A stretch of 64,000 nucleotides of DNA from Octopus sinensis (Eukaryota), in assembly GCF_006345805.1 (NCBI RefSeq), contig NC_043009.1, forward strand, positions 69,192,001 through 69,256,000. Reading direction: 5' to 3'. Position 1 is the stretch's first letter. The number at the start of each line of letters is the position of its first letter. Below are positions 12,656 through 25,542 of this stretch, one piece after another. The position numbers were made by a program, and so were the translations under genes. The notes under the pieces are model-generated. The model made no database searches. It saw only the letters and a program-made list of their open reading frames with translations, and was not told the DNA's origin.

Positions 12656-14399
12656 ACATGTAACCAATATTACATGCAATTAGAGGACAATGCTATGTTA
12701 TAGAATCAGTTAAGTGCCCAACCAAATGTCTTGTGGTATTTTGCTTTATCTTGTAGTGGGGAAGGTTTATCAAAAGATGAAGAGGTAGCAGATGCAATAG
12801 GAATGTGAATGACATCAAAGGAAAACAAGGGGAAAGCATTGGATTGTGATTTAAGTAATTTCTTTAATCGATGCTTGCATTTACTTGTTGTGTACCCCAG
12901 AAAATTCACTACCTTACCAACTTGCTTCGAGTTGGTGAGGAAGACAATAAACAGAGGAAATACTGTGTCAATGTGATGAGGAGGTAGAACCAGGCATGTT
13001 TTGTGTCTGTGTGTGCATTGGTCATTCGGTCGTGTCTGTTTATGTTCTGCAGCTGCTACTGTGTTAGGTTGTTTCTACTGAATATGTGGCTCTGTATTGC
13101 CTGCTTGACTGGTGCAAGTTACTTGTTGGCTGTCTCGCTTGGTGATGGCTCTCTGCAGTCCTTTGACGGATTGCTGTATTTATAATGGTCATGACAGCTA
13201 GAAGGACAGACATACCACAGGAGTAATTTCTACTCGTGTAGGTCGCTTCCTGTCCACTTGAACCTTGAATGACACAGCTCAGGTCATAGGTTAAAGGGAA
13301 ATTTATCCATCACTTTTTGACAGATCAAAGAGATTTCTTTCATGCCTATATGGCCAGCGGTGGATCAGATGAGTGACAATCCTTAAATTCAGTTCAAATC
13401 GCAGCTTGGATAAAGGAAGTGTTAGTTTTTACAATCTCCTTTACATTCTAAGTTCAAATCCTAATGAGTCAGTTTTGATCCTTCCAGTCTTAGGTGGGGT
13501 GGAGGGTCAATAAAATAAATATAAGTCAAATACTGAGACAGTATAATCAAATGTACTTCATGAAACCCAAACTCCTAAATTTCTGGTCTTTTATCCTTAT
13601 GAAGAATCAATATTAATAGCCAAGGAAGTGTTGAGACATCTTTGATGATAACATTTGTTTTAGAATTAAAAACCATTTTAATATAACTGGAGAATAAACA
13701 GGTGAATGAAAAAACGAATTTGTACCCTAGAAAATGAAGCAGGGGGGCAGACAATGGGAGATGTTTATATGTTGGTCAAGTGATAGTACAGCAAACTGGC
13801 AGAATTGTTAGCAGACCAGGGGAAAATGCTTAGCAGCATTTTGTCTGTCTTTATGTTCTGAGTTTAAATTCTGCCATGGTCAACCTTGCCTTTAATCTTT
13901 TTGGGGATTGATAAAACAAATACCAGTTATGCTCTGGGGTTGATGTAATCGACTTACCCTCTCCCACTGAAATTGCTTGCCTTGTGCCAGGATTTGAAAT
14001 CAATATATTGGTGTAGAGAGCAATTGAGATGTAAGGTAAAGTGCCAACAGGAATGGAACCTAATTATAAGTCCTTCTGTAGAATTTATTAGGAAGCCAGG
14101 AATATAGCAAAGCTGAAGAATAAACATCAAGATTCAAGTGGTTCAAGAATAGAAGATTTGGGGTTACAGGAATGTGTGTAGATGTTTGCTTCATAGACAT
14201 GTGATTCTGAATTTGACTTCACTTTGGGACACACAGAGAAAAGGTCTTCAACCATAGCATCAGGCTGACCAAAGCCTTATGAGTGAAATTATGTGGAAGC
14301 CTGTCTGATGTATATGTGGGTGGGGGTTACTGGGGAGCATAAATAGTTCTGAAGGAGCAGAAGAATTAGTAAGGCAGAAGCCATTTTACTGTGCATGGG

Positions 14400-14600
14400 A
14401 GAAATCTAGACAACACAGGCATCGGTACTGCGGCGAAGGTCTGATGCCATGGTGCAATAGTCCTGCTAATGCTTTTGTGATGCAACGAAACATGACAGTA
14501 AAGGAGGCTAAAAAGCTGGACACATTCCAGCAATGTTGCCAACTGAAAATCCTCGTTGTTACCTGTGAAGCAAATCCCTGTTGCTGCAAAATATCATTGG
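14400..14600 (+). mobile_element. Short RTE LINE C-terminal remnant
   Basis: KKLDTFQQCCQLKIL resembles the RTE motif KL..F...CLR.IL. Confidence 0.5.
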
Positions 14601-15188
14601 TTTTTACATCCATTTTCCAAGCTTAATATATTTGTGTGTGTGTGAGTTTGTGTGCATGTGTGTGTTTGTGTGTGCGTGTATGTGTGTGTGTGTTTCTCTA
14701 TGTTGTTCTTCGAAGACCTACAGAATATCTTCACAGAGATCCTTTCATCTTCAGCTACGATACAAACAGAAAAAAATGGCAGAGTCATTCTTAAGTAATG
14801 AAAGTAAAATTGTATGGAGATTGGTAAGTATGGAGTAGGTAATTAGAAGAGCATGATAAGATATATGAGAATGGTGTCACAGAGTCGAATGGAGGGTGCT
14901 TGTGTGAAAGTAAGCTTCTGCATTTATGAGTAAGATGAGCAAAACACTGATTATAGAAAAAAAGCTTTGATGAGATTTTTGAAAGATAACATGTGATGGA
15001 TGGTAACATTTTGGAAGCGAAGTGTAGATCACAAACGGTAGAGAAATTAAGCAGTGAATTAATAGAATAGTTAGTGCCAGATAGATACCTTGTAGTATTT
15101 GTTATGGTCCTATGTTTTCTGAATTGAAATCCTACTGAAAAATAAGTTGCCTTTTATAAAGAAAGTACCTCAGCAAGTACAGAAGTGT

Positions 15189-15191
15189 CTT

Positions 15192-15262
<71 letters not shown>
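15189..15262. repeat. (CT)n microsatellite
   Basis: Directly visible. Confidence 0.95.
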
Positions 15263-15264
<2 letters not shown>

Positions 15265-15620
15265 ATTTGTCCTTCTGTCTCACTTTCTGGAAGACATCAG
15301 CCAGGGCCCAGAACTAGATAGCGATGGGCTTCGCATGCTATGAGACAAAACAATGCTTTTATAATCCCAAGGTAAGACAAACGAAGAAATACAACAGTGA
15401 AGTGGGTAAAAAACAAGAGATCCAAGAGTTATGTTTAGAGATCAAACAATAAGTGAAATATTGCATCTGTTTGTGATTATATGAACGGATTGTTGTGGAT
15501 TGTTGAAGTTAGTATACAGATAAATTTAATTCTTCTATCAAACTGCAAAATGTTACAGGCATACTAATCAGAACTAATTGCTCATAATACAGTTCTATAT
15601 TTAAGAGAAGAGGAATTATG

Positions 15621-15849
15621 TACATTATTTACATTTGACAATATTTGTCCTCATCTTGTTTGTTGTTAACACAACGTTTCGGCTGATATACCCTCCAGCC
15701 TTCATCAGGTGTATTGGGGAAATTTCAGACCTGAGTTCTCATTCCTGAGGTATTTTTCGATGTTATTATTATTATTATTATTATTATTATCATTATTATT
15801 CAGGTTATTATACAAACCCCAAGATTCCGAGTTTGATTCAAGGCAGTAA

Positions 15850-15903
<54 letters not shown>

Positions 15904-16052
15904 TAATAATAATAATAATAATATCGAAAAATACCTCAGGAATGAGAACCCAGGTCCGAAATTTCCCCAAGACCCCTGATAAATATCAGCCGAAACGTTG
16001 TGTTAACAACAAACAAGATGAGGACAAACATCTGTCAAATGTAAATAATGTA
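15621..16052. mobile_element. Inverted pair of Penelope-like terminal repeats with (TAT)n/(ATA)n inner arms
   Basis: 15621-15803 is the reverse complement of about 15846-16052. The left arm carries a hammerhead core. Confidence 0.75.
15669..15712 (-). ncRNA. Minimal type I hammerhead ribozyme
   Basis: Minus strand reads ACAC-CUGAUGA-A-GGCUG(GAGGGUAUAU)CAGCC-GAAA-CG-UU-GUGU. The catalytic core is intact, with a 5-bp stem II, a 4-bp stem I and a palindromic minimal stem III. Confidence 0.7.
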
Positions 16053-16324
16053 AATAATGTAATTGGTAATAAATTGACTAAACAAAATGACTGTTACATT
16101 TTACAGATACTGAAGGAAGTTTCGCAAGTGTCTGGTTGAGTGAGGAAGGTATCGGAATCGAATTCAAAGAACCTAATAATGCACTGTCGGCTGAAGTTGT
16201 CTTTCCGTGTGGACGACAATACAGCGTTAAAGGTAAGAGTTTGCTTCTTCGCTTCAGTTACAAAGGAAACAACAAGATCTTAGAGACGTTCTTTCTTGGC
16301 TTATGAGTTCGTCTGAGATGTGAT

Positions 16325-16485
16325 TCATCATCATCATCATCATCATCGTTTAACGTCCGCTTTCCATGCTAGCATGGGTTGGACGGTTCAACTGGGGTCT
16401 GGGAAGCCAGAAGGCTGCACCAGGCCCAGTCAGATCTGGCACAGTGTTTCTACAACTGGATGCCTTTCCTAATGCCAACCATTGC
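16325..16485 (-). mobile_element. RTE-type 3' tail fragment ending in (GAT)n (further copies at about 19081-19245, 19255-19430, 26255-26540, 34260-34680, 34895-35340, 38535-38720, 43430-43770)
   Basis: Shared CATCATC-GTTTAACGTCCGCTTTCCATGCTAGCATGGGTTGG...GGATGCCCTTCC sequence. It is contiguous with RTE coding sequence at 17578-18321. Confidence 0.85.
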
Positions 16486-17310
16486 TGAAAAATAAATATC
16501 TTGGTAGCATGATGGCATTGTCTTACACTGCACTGCAATACAATTGAATTGTCTCAGTCACCAGGTTATAGATGTACAACACGACACCTTAACACTTTAT
16601 ACTATTCAAATAACAGAAAGAAATAAATTAAACGCAAATATGATGGCACCTTCCGATTAAATGGTCGTCATGATTCTTTCACATTAAAGATACTTGAAAA
16701 CATCTTGCTTGTGGAAATCTCTACAAGGGAGATGCAAGTAGGTTTCAGGGGTCAGCAGGTGAGAATGGACACCATTTTGGGGCCTTCCTCTTGACCCACC
16801 CCACTCCCTGAAGTGAGGACCCTGACTGGATCAAATGACCAGTGTTTGAATATGGTAAAGCTTTGAATCAGAAGCAATTCTTTGGTAGAAAGATATCGAA
16901 GAAATGTCTGTTTTTACCATTCTGCAATATTATTTGAATGAAGGAAATGGATTTGAGAAAGTGATTTATTCTTCATTGATTCCTTTTTGCAGGTGCCATG
17001 ACCAACAACAACACATTGTACCTGTATGGAGCAAACCAGAGCACTGCCATTGGAGTAACAGGTACCATACATTTTGTTTTTCGCTCTTTTCCATAATTCC
17101 AAGAGAAGAATCTAGCTGCTCTTTTAAAGACTGGCCTTCACACAAATGCAAAACAAGGAATGGTATTAAAAGAAAAATGGGAAAACTGAAATAAGTGTGT
17201 GTATGTGTGTGTGTGTGTAACAAATGCAAATGTAAAACATAAGAAATGATAAAGTTTTAATATACAATATAAGCAAATGCTAGAATGCAATGTGTGTGTG
17301 TGTATATATA

Positions 17311-17346
<36 letters not shown>

Positions 17347-17347
<1 letters not shown>

Positions 17348-17577
17348 TTCTTTACTACCCACAAGGGGCTAAACACAGAGGGGACAAACAAGGACAGACA
17401 AACGGATTAAGTCGATTACATGAACCCCAGTGCGTAACTGGTACTTAATTTATCGACCCCGAAAGGATGAAAGGCAAAGTCGACCTCGGCGGAATTTGAA
17501 CCCAGAACGTACCGGCAGACGAAATACGGCTACGCATTTCGCCCAGCGTGCTAACGTTTCAGCCAGCTCGCCGCCTT
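17347..17577 (-). mobile_element. tRNA-derived SINE family 2, young copy
   Basis: Closely similar to 9563-9790. Confidence 0.9.
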
Positions 17578-18321
17578 ATCATCATCATCATTTAACGTCC
17601 GCTTTCCATGCTAGTATGAGTTGGACGATTTGACTGAGGACTGGCGAACCAGATGGCTACACCAGGCTCCAATCTGATCTGGCAGAGTTTCTACAGCTGG
17701 ATGCCCTTCCTAACGCCAACCACTCCAAGTGTGTAGTGGGTGCTTTTATGTTCCACCAGCACAAGGGCCAGTAAGGCGGTGCCGGTAATGGCCACACTCA
17801 AATGGTGTTATTTACATGCCACCTGCACAGGAGCCAGTCCAGCGACACTGGCAACGACCTCACTCAAATGTTTTTTCATGTGCCAGTAAGTTGTCGCGGT
17901 AACAATCATGCTCGGATGGTGCTCTTAGTGCTCCACTAGCACAGATGCCAGTCTTTGAATTTGATTTCGATTTTGATTTCACTTGCCTCAACAGGTCGTC
18001 ACAAGCAGAGTTTAGTGTCCAATAAAGGAAAGGTATGCATAAGTGGGCTGGTTACACCCCTGGCATAGGCCACAAGGTTATGGTCTCACTTGGCTTGCCA
18101 GGTCTTCTCAAGCACATCATATTTCCAAAGGTCCTAGTCACTAGTCATTGCCTCGGTGAGGCCTAAAGTCCGAAGGTCATGCTTTACCACCTCATTCCAG
18201 GTCTTCCTGGGTCTAGCTCTTCCACAGGTTCCCTCAACTGCTAGGGTGTGGCACTTTTTCACACAGCTATCCTCATCCATTCTCGCCACATGACCATACC
18301 AGCACAGTCATCTCTCTTGTA
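17578..18321 (-). mobile_element. 5'-truncated RTE LINE (ORF C-terminus, 3' UTR and (GAT)n tail)
   Basis: About 18180-18320 on the minus strand reads WYGHVARMDEDSCVKKCHTLAVEGTCGRARPRKTW, followed by the tail family. Confidence 0.85.
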
Positions 18322-18871
18322 TGTATATATATATATGAAATAGTGTGTGTATTTATACACAAAAGCGATGTCCTTTAACAGGACACCTTACATGCTACAA
18401 AGCCCGAACCATGAATAAGAGTAATTTCAAAGGGAGTAAAAAATAAAAATATTTTTATAGTTACCCTTAGACTCAAGTTTCTGCATCAATGTGCAAATAA
18501 AATAATTTGCCATCCATGCTTCTTCAGTAAGGGCACTAAAATTAATGCATATATATGCAGCACCGAAAGTGAATATGCTACATACTTATAGATTATAATT
18601 TTTCAAATCCACCTTACCAGTGCAGTTACATTCAGCAGCAAATGATAATAAAAACACTTAAAAGTTAAAACTGCGTACCAAAGAGCTTCGAAACTTCGAA
18701 ATTTTACTGTGAAAATAATAAGAGTAGAAAATTTAGAGAAATTTTCCTACCAGCATAATAAAGTCAATAGACAACATATTTTTCATATAAAATTGTGTAC
18801 ATATATATACACAAAATATGTGTCCTTTAACAGGACACTTTACATACTAGAAAGGGCAGTCAAAAGATGAT

Positions 18872-18912
<41 letters not shown>

Positions 18913-19662
18913 GTCTTTCTCTCTTTCGTAGAGGCACAAGCACCTGCACGCACATATACACACACGGCAGTAACTTCCGCCTACTGAATTCAATCACAAA
19001 GCTTCGGTCAGCTCAGGGTTATAGTAGAAGACACCTGCCCAAAGTGCCATGCAGTGGGATTGAACCCAAAACCATGTGGCTAGGAAGAGCATTGGCGTTA
19101 GGAAGGGCATCCAGCTGTAGAAAACACTGCCAGATCAGACTGGGCCTGGTGCAGCCTCCATGACTTCCTAGACCCTGGTCGAACCGTCCAACCCATGCTA
19201 GCATGGAAAACGGACGTTAAACGATGATGATGATGATGATGATATATACCATCATCCTCATCATCATTTGATGTCTGTTTTCCATGCTGGCATGGGTTGG
19301 ATGGTTTGACAGGGCTGGCTAGGCAGAAGACTGCACCAGGCTTCACCGTCTCTTTTGGCAGGGTTTTACAACTGGATGCCCTTCCAAACACCAACTTCTT
19401 TACAGAGTGGACTGGATGCACCACTATTGGTGGGATCACCAAGTGACTTGCAAGACAAAGTTCTTTGAGGGAGGGGACGTTGGAGGACATGGCCAAGTGC
19501 CAGGCAATGAGAGGTCAGAGTGCAACAGAGGAATAGAAACATGTGTCCTTTCTGTCACCAACCCATGTCTATTTCCAAACAAGGTAAAATTTCCCTATGG
19601 TGAGACATATTTTTGAATGATACTGGAAATGAATGACATTCATTTACTAGAATCACAGAAGA

Positions 19663-19695
<33 letters not shown>

Positions 19696-20168
19696 TACAA
19701 CAAATGCTTTTTTTTTCACTTTCTGTCTATCAAATCCACTCACAAGGCTTTAATCAGCCTGGGGTTATCAACACTTACTCAAAATGCCACTTTCATATAC
19801 ACTACACAGACTTGGTAACTTGTCAAGTAGAATGCCATCCAGTGTTTGGTACTGTTTCTTTTATGACTGGATAGTGAAGAATGGATGATGTTAATGGTTG
19901 ATGTGGTTTGTGGATGAAGCCATCAGATATTTTCTGTGTTTGGTTTGTGAGTAGTTTGGTTTGTGTCTAGTTTGATCACTATGTAATTTCAAATACCAAG
20001 TGTTTTGTGTTTGTGTAGTAAGAATATTTCTTGAATGAGTGTTAAATGACTATCATCAGTGGTTATAAATATTTTTAGTTCCATAAAGGTGTTTTTAATG
20101 CCATCATTATTGCATCATATCTAAAAGGATTATTTTTTGTATGTGGCAAGTGTTCTTTTAGATGTATT

Positions 20169-20248
20169 ATGAGTAGATCTGTGATATTGGGAAAAGACTT
20201 AACAATAGTACTTTCTTTCATTGTTGTTGTTGTTTTTTGTTGTCATCG
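20169..20248 (+). CDS. Avidin gene B, candidate first coding exon, signal-peptide-like: MSRSVILGKDLTIVLSFIVVVVFCCH(R)
   Basis: Strong CG|gtaagt donor and a hydrophobic stretch. Phase 2 matches the 21880 exon. Confidence 0.5.
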
Positions 20249-21071
20249 GTAAGTTTCTTGTAAATTTATGTATATTTTAGGAATATTTATGAATGATGTT
20301 CTCTAGTGATATTTGTGTTCATAATTTGTACACTTACTTCTATAGGTGTTCACGAGCCGGCTTTGGGCAGATTCAAAGCATTTGTCATACTGTTATGTTA
20401 TTTACACAGATTAGGATTAATATTTCTGTATGTATTAAAAAAAAAAAAATTCAATCAACATTCAAGCCATAAATCATCGTGTTTTCTTTTCTGGTTTAGT
20501 ATTATACTTATCCTGTTTATTTCACCAGTTTACAGTTGGTGGAGTAGCAACTACTTATAGGTTAAACAAACATTAGGGACATAACCATTTGCTCCTTCAA
20601 AACTAGTCATCCATGATGTTATGGTTATTTCTACAGAAATTACTGCCAGCACTGATTCTTTTGCTGCAAGGCATCAGATGTAAACAAACAATGAAACCAA
20701 AGACAAAGGCCACAATAATTTCTGTAGAAATAACCTTAACAAAATAATGTAAAGAGCACTGCTAACACAGTAGAACATGGTGTTGACCTACAAAAATATT
20801 TAATATACTTTATTTATATTATGGTTGCATAACGAACTACCAAGTACTTAGAGGTCATGTGGTTCGTAAGCAAGTTACTTACCACACAGCCACTCATTAA
20901 CTTATCGAAACAATATCAAACCATAACAAAAATGAAAACAGTAAGAGAGATGATTTGTAATTTTATTAATCAATATTATTAAATGTTCATATATCTTGTG
21001 AATTTCCTGTAAAAAAAAAAAATTGACAAGTTGTAGTGCACCTGAGCACTGTATACAATAATTTCATTATA

Positions 21072-21106
<35 letters not shown>

Positions 21107-21553
21107 CATTATTATTATTATTAAAGTCATCTGTGAGTACTAAATATGCACAGGCTCTACATGAAAAATAAGAATTCACTTTTTCTCTGAGTATAAACTA
21201 TAGCACAGATTCAGAAAATATTCTGTATTCTGGCCCAAAAAGAATCTATTTAAGGAATGACAAATAACCAAATATTTTGTGGGGTGACAGCATAATTTCA
21301 TTGTTGAAATTATGCTGCAGACAAGTAATTTATATTGATCATACTTATTGGGAGAATTCAATTTATTTCAGCTGCTTATAACTGGTGGGTTTTTTTCATT
21401 AAACACAAAATTAATTAATTGCTGTATTTCTGAGAATTCATTATATTCAAACTTGATTTGATAAATTATAGTAAAAAATATCCAAATTGTCTAATAATGT
21501 CAAATATTCTCAGATAATGCAACAAGAAATTATACATAAAAATAATTAGTTTA

Positions 21554-21554
<1 letters not shown>

Positions 21555-21593
<39 letters not shown>

Positions 21594-21624
21594 ATGAGTG
21601 TGTGTGTATATACACACACATACA

Positions 21625-21671
<47 letters not shown>

Positions 21672-21840
21672 GCACACATATACATATCCATGTACATGTG
21701 TATGTATGTATGTATGTATGTATGTATATAAATACACATACACACACACACATATACATATCCATGTACATATGTGTATGTATGTATGTATGTACATATG
21801 TGTATGTATGTATGTATGTATGTATGTATGTATGTATATG
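21555..21840. repeat. Compound (TG)n/(TA)n/(TATG)n microsatellite
   Basis: Directly visible. Confidence 0.95.
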
Positions 21841-21879
21841 TATAGGTATTTACCTGTGATTTTAAATGTGATATTCTAG

Positions 21880-21967
21880 GGCAAATATAACTGAATCACT
21901 TTATAAAAATCAGATAAAATTGTATGCCCCAAAGAAACAAGTTCTGCTACTTTAGGCTGGGACCCTT
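21880..21967 (+). CDS. Gene B candidate exon: ANITESLYKNQIKLYAPKKQVLL(fs)LGWDP
   Basis: ttctag acceptor and gtatgt donor. Needs +1 nt in the TTT at 21951-21953 to remove a TAG and match the next phase. Confidence 0.5.
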
Positions 21968-22583
21968 GTATGTTTAGGACAGGCATGGCAAAACTTTTTC
22001 CAGCAGCAGACCACATGAGACATGGGTTCATCATGTGGCTGGCCACACTGCTAGAAATATTGGAGGTAATTTCTTGTTAGGCGTGCCATTCAGAAAGTGT
22101 GATGGGCCATAGGTTTCTGACAAATGTTTTAGGAAATCTATTCACTCAGCTCTCACTGTGGTTAATATGAAGGATACATCTACGGCAGCAAGCGGGCAGA
22201 AACATAAGCACAATGGGTAAAATGCTTGGTGGCATTCTTTACACTCTGAGTACAAATTCTGCCAAGGTCACTTTGACTCTCATCATTTTGGGGTCAATAG
22301 AATAAGTACCAGTTGAGTACTGGGGTCAATGTAATCAACTTACCCCCTCTCCCAAAATTACTGGCCTTGTGTCAAAATTTGAAATCAATATGCATTGTGA
22401 ATCTACTTATAAAACAAACACTCCAACAGTTACACTCAGGAGTATAGAATTTTTTAAATGATATTTGTTTATAAAGTGTATTGTTTATGTGTTTCAATTA
22501 ATTTTGATAACTTCAATAAATTTAGAGGGATTTAATTAAGTAATTTTCTCATTATTTCTCTGATGTCTGCAAATGTAATTTAG

Positions 22584-22790
22584 CAAAATTACCTAAAATG
22601 AAATTATTATGGAAAGTTTAAATTCAGAGACAAACACTTTAAAATGGTTAGTTTTGTTTCGTGGAACCAGAGATGGTCTCAGAAAAGTTAATATCAAAAT
22701 GGTTAAAGTAATGAGTAAAGGCAATAATTATCGGGTATGGGGTGTAATTAAATATAAATCTAATTTGGGGATGAGGTGGGGATTTACCTG
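22584..22790 (+). CDS. Gene B candidate exon: SKLPK(fs)NEIIMESLNSETNTLKWLVLFRGTRDGLRKVNIKMVKVMSKGNNYRVWGVIKYKSNLGMRW(fs)DLP
   Basis: aatttag acceptor, G|gtaaag donor, 207 nt. Contains ORF 22609-22794. Needs +1 at AAAA 22595-22598 and -1 at GGGG 22778-22781. Confidence 0.5.
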
Positions 22791-24039
22791 GTAAAGATCA
22801 GGGTGGACAACATAACAAATGCTATCAATAGTTATAATAGATTAATGAGATTTTAACCTCATGTTTACAAATGAATAGTCACCAATATCTATAGAATATT
22901 ATAGCTTACAGCTACAAACCTAGTCTGAAAGCTTCGAAAAATAAGTTCCATTATGAAGTCATAGAGAAGCAGAAGCCTTTTGGAGGACAACATTTAAAAT
23001 TTTTGTGGAAATGTAAAAATCAGAAAACAAACACCAAACAACAGATTTTTCTATTTGAAAAAAATTAAAAGTTTAAAAAAACTGCTGGACTGTATTGGGA
23101 TGAATATTGTGTATTCTGTTAAAAATAAGGAAGACTAAAAGAATCTAGATCAAGATATGGAATCAAATGATTTTGGGGATGAGATTTCAACAAAGTGGCT
23201 AAAATCTAAAAGTCAGAAGACATCTTGAATCAATCATAATTACTGGAGAATCCAATTTATTTTATGGGATTTTCTCTTGTTACAAGTGTCTTTTATTTGA
23301 TGTAGAATTAATTACTTTCTCAAAAATTAATTTTATTGTATTTTGAAAATGTGATTTTATACTTAACTGATTGGGAAAGAAATTAATATTTTCTTGTAAT
23401 AGAATATTGACTAAAAGGAATTCTTCAAAGTGGTGCCTCAGCATGGCCACAGTCTAATTAGTGAAACAAATAAAAGATATAAATTAGTCAAATGTCTTAT
23501 TTTACTTCAAGAATTCTCAGGACCATCAAAAACTCTTGTGTGTGTGTCGTGTTGTTTTGTTTTTGCTTTTTTATATAGAATGGGAAATAATGGATTGTAA
23601 AATTCCAACTTTGACCCCAAAAGACTGTAAAATATTTATGGTAAAATAGCTGAATGTGGAAAAGATTTGGTCTTTCATACAAATTTAGTGATGAGGTGCC
23701 GAGGTGGCCCCACAAAGCACAAGGTGGGTTGAAGAATCAATCTGCAAGATTGTAAGGGATGAGGAGGCAGACTGCCAAAATGGGTGGGGCTGAAGGGTGG
23801 ATGAGCGACAAGCTATGAGTCAGGAGAGTTAGAGTGATGCAGAAGAGAGGAAGTGGCAAGCAGCAGGAGTAGATGATACACTTGTCAGTAGGACAAGAGA
23901 GAGGTTGACATGGCTGGTAGTCTGTAGGAATAAGGGGTAGGGTGATGGCAGGGAGATGAGGCTGGCCTGATGCTTGGGTGCTGGGGAGGAGTCACTGTAA
24001 TGTGAGTAGAGAGCACAATACATAGCACTTCCAGAATTT

Positions 24040-24760
24040 AGCTTCAGTGACAACGGAGGGTCTTCTTAAGAACCTCATATCACCAGAGGTCCCAGTTTTT
24101 TGTCATTTCCTTTATCAGACTCAGAGTCCTAAAGTCAGCTTTAACGACTTCATCCTAAGTCTTCCTGGGTCTCCCTTTTCTGCAAATTCCAACCATATTT
24201 TGCATTTGGCACTTCTCTATACAGGTGTCCTCAACCATATGCATCACGTGTCCATACCAGCACAGACTTCTTTCTTGCACACAACAACTGATTCTTTTCA
24301 TGCACAGTTTTTCTCTCCGCACCTCTGTACTAGTTCTTTCTTATCAAATTGCACATTCAACAGAGTTGGCCCACTTAATTTCTTTCCAGTCTTCTCAAAT
24401 CCTCTGCATTCAAGGCCCATGTCTCACTACCATACAGTATTGCAGTTTATACACAGGCATCATACAGTCAGCCCTTCACTCTTAGAGAAAAGCACTCTGT
24501 TGTCAGCAGTGGTAGTAACTCCCTGAATTTTCTCTGGCCAAGTCTCTCTCAGGCTGCAATACCTTTAGAGCAGCCATCTTCCTTGCTAATTACATCTCCT
24601 AGGTAACAAAGCCTATCAACTACTTCTAGTGAGTCATCTGGGCATTTAAGAGAAACCATTTTCAGTGTGTCCAGACAAACTTCTCCAGAAAGCCTACCAT
24701 ATAAGAAGCTTACAGGGATTTCCCATTTCTTGAATGTCCATGGGTTATATTCTTTTCTAC
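24040..24760 (-). mobile_element. RTE LINE 3' coding fragment
   Basis: ORF 24549-24779 contains LEVVDRLCYLGDVIS, continuing toward the GRPRKT-type C-terminus. Confidence 0.8.
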
Positions 24761-25004
24761 TCAAGGCATAAAGGCCCAAAACCTTGGGAAGGGGACCAGT
24801 TGATTAAATCGACCCAGTACGCAACTGGTACTTAATTTATCAACCTCGAAAGGATAAAAGGAAAAGTCAGCCTTGGCGGAATTGTCCATAGTTTATATTG
24901 AAATCAAATAGTTAAACATTTTTTTCACATAAATAAATATTGTAGAAATAAAATATTTCTAAATCTCTCAGAGAGATTTATGCTGTCGCAGTACGATAAA
25001 GTGA

Positions 25005-25270
25005 CAGTATGTTGTCAGCTTAATGTGAGAGTCCCATGAAAGGGAAGATTGCTACTGTTATTTAACCCTAGGAAACACCATTTCCTGCGTCCTTATGCTT
25101 TCATTTCTTTATGTTTCATTTCCTGTGTCCTTATGACTGTCTCCACTTTGAAAACATAAGGACACAGAAAATGTGTCGAGTCCAACAGCAAATGGTGTTT
25201 CCTAGGGCTAAATAACAGTAGCATTCTTCCCTTTCATGGGACTGTCACATTAAGTTGACAATATGCTATC
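25005..25270. mobile_element. Palindromic foldback/MITE, about 80-bp arms plus an inner inverted repeat
   Basis: GTCCCATGAAAGGGAAG...CCCTAGGAAACACCATTT is inverted at about 25190-25270. Confidence 0.8.
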
Positions 25271-25366
25271 AATAAATATTGTCTTAATATTAAAAAAAAA
25301 TAATAATGACAGAATTTTTATTTTATTTATTAATTTTATTTTATTTTATTTTGTAATTTTCTCAAG

Positions 25367-25542
25367 GACTTTTCTTCAAGACAAAGATCGGTCAACTCTT
25401 GAAGATTACACTGGTCAAGTATGATTATGCCAATTGCACTGAATATACTCCAACAAAACTATCTTCACATGAACTGAAACCAACTCAGACACTTTCTTAC
25501 AACCCTGACCTCTGGATGTACCATAACTATGATGATTATATG
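25367..25542 (+). CDS. Gene B exon: GLFFKTKIGQLLKITLVKYDYANCTEYTPTKLSSHELKPTQTLSYNPDLWMYHNYDDYM
   Basis: Long T-rich tract plus aag acceptor, ATG|gtaagt donor, 176 nt open frame, phase 1-0. Confidence 0.8.

Noticed and set aside
20345-20430. Possible exon after a 96-nt intron (GVHEPALGRF...)
   Set aside because: The acceptor is good, but there is no convincing donor and 20248 joins 21880 in phase without it. Not excluded.
21466-21879. ORFs rich in Y/I/H/T/C/V
   Set aside because: Translations of dinucleotide and tetranucleotide microsatellites.
21951-21967. A-to-I recoding of TAG to rescue the frame
   Set aside because: Editing would fix this stop, but the next exon still stops in that phase, and editing cannot repair indels.
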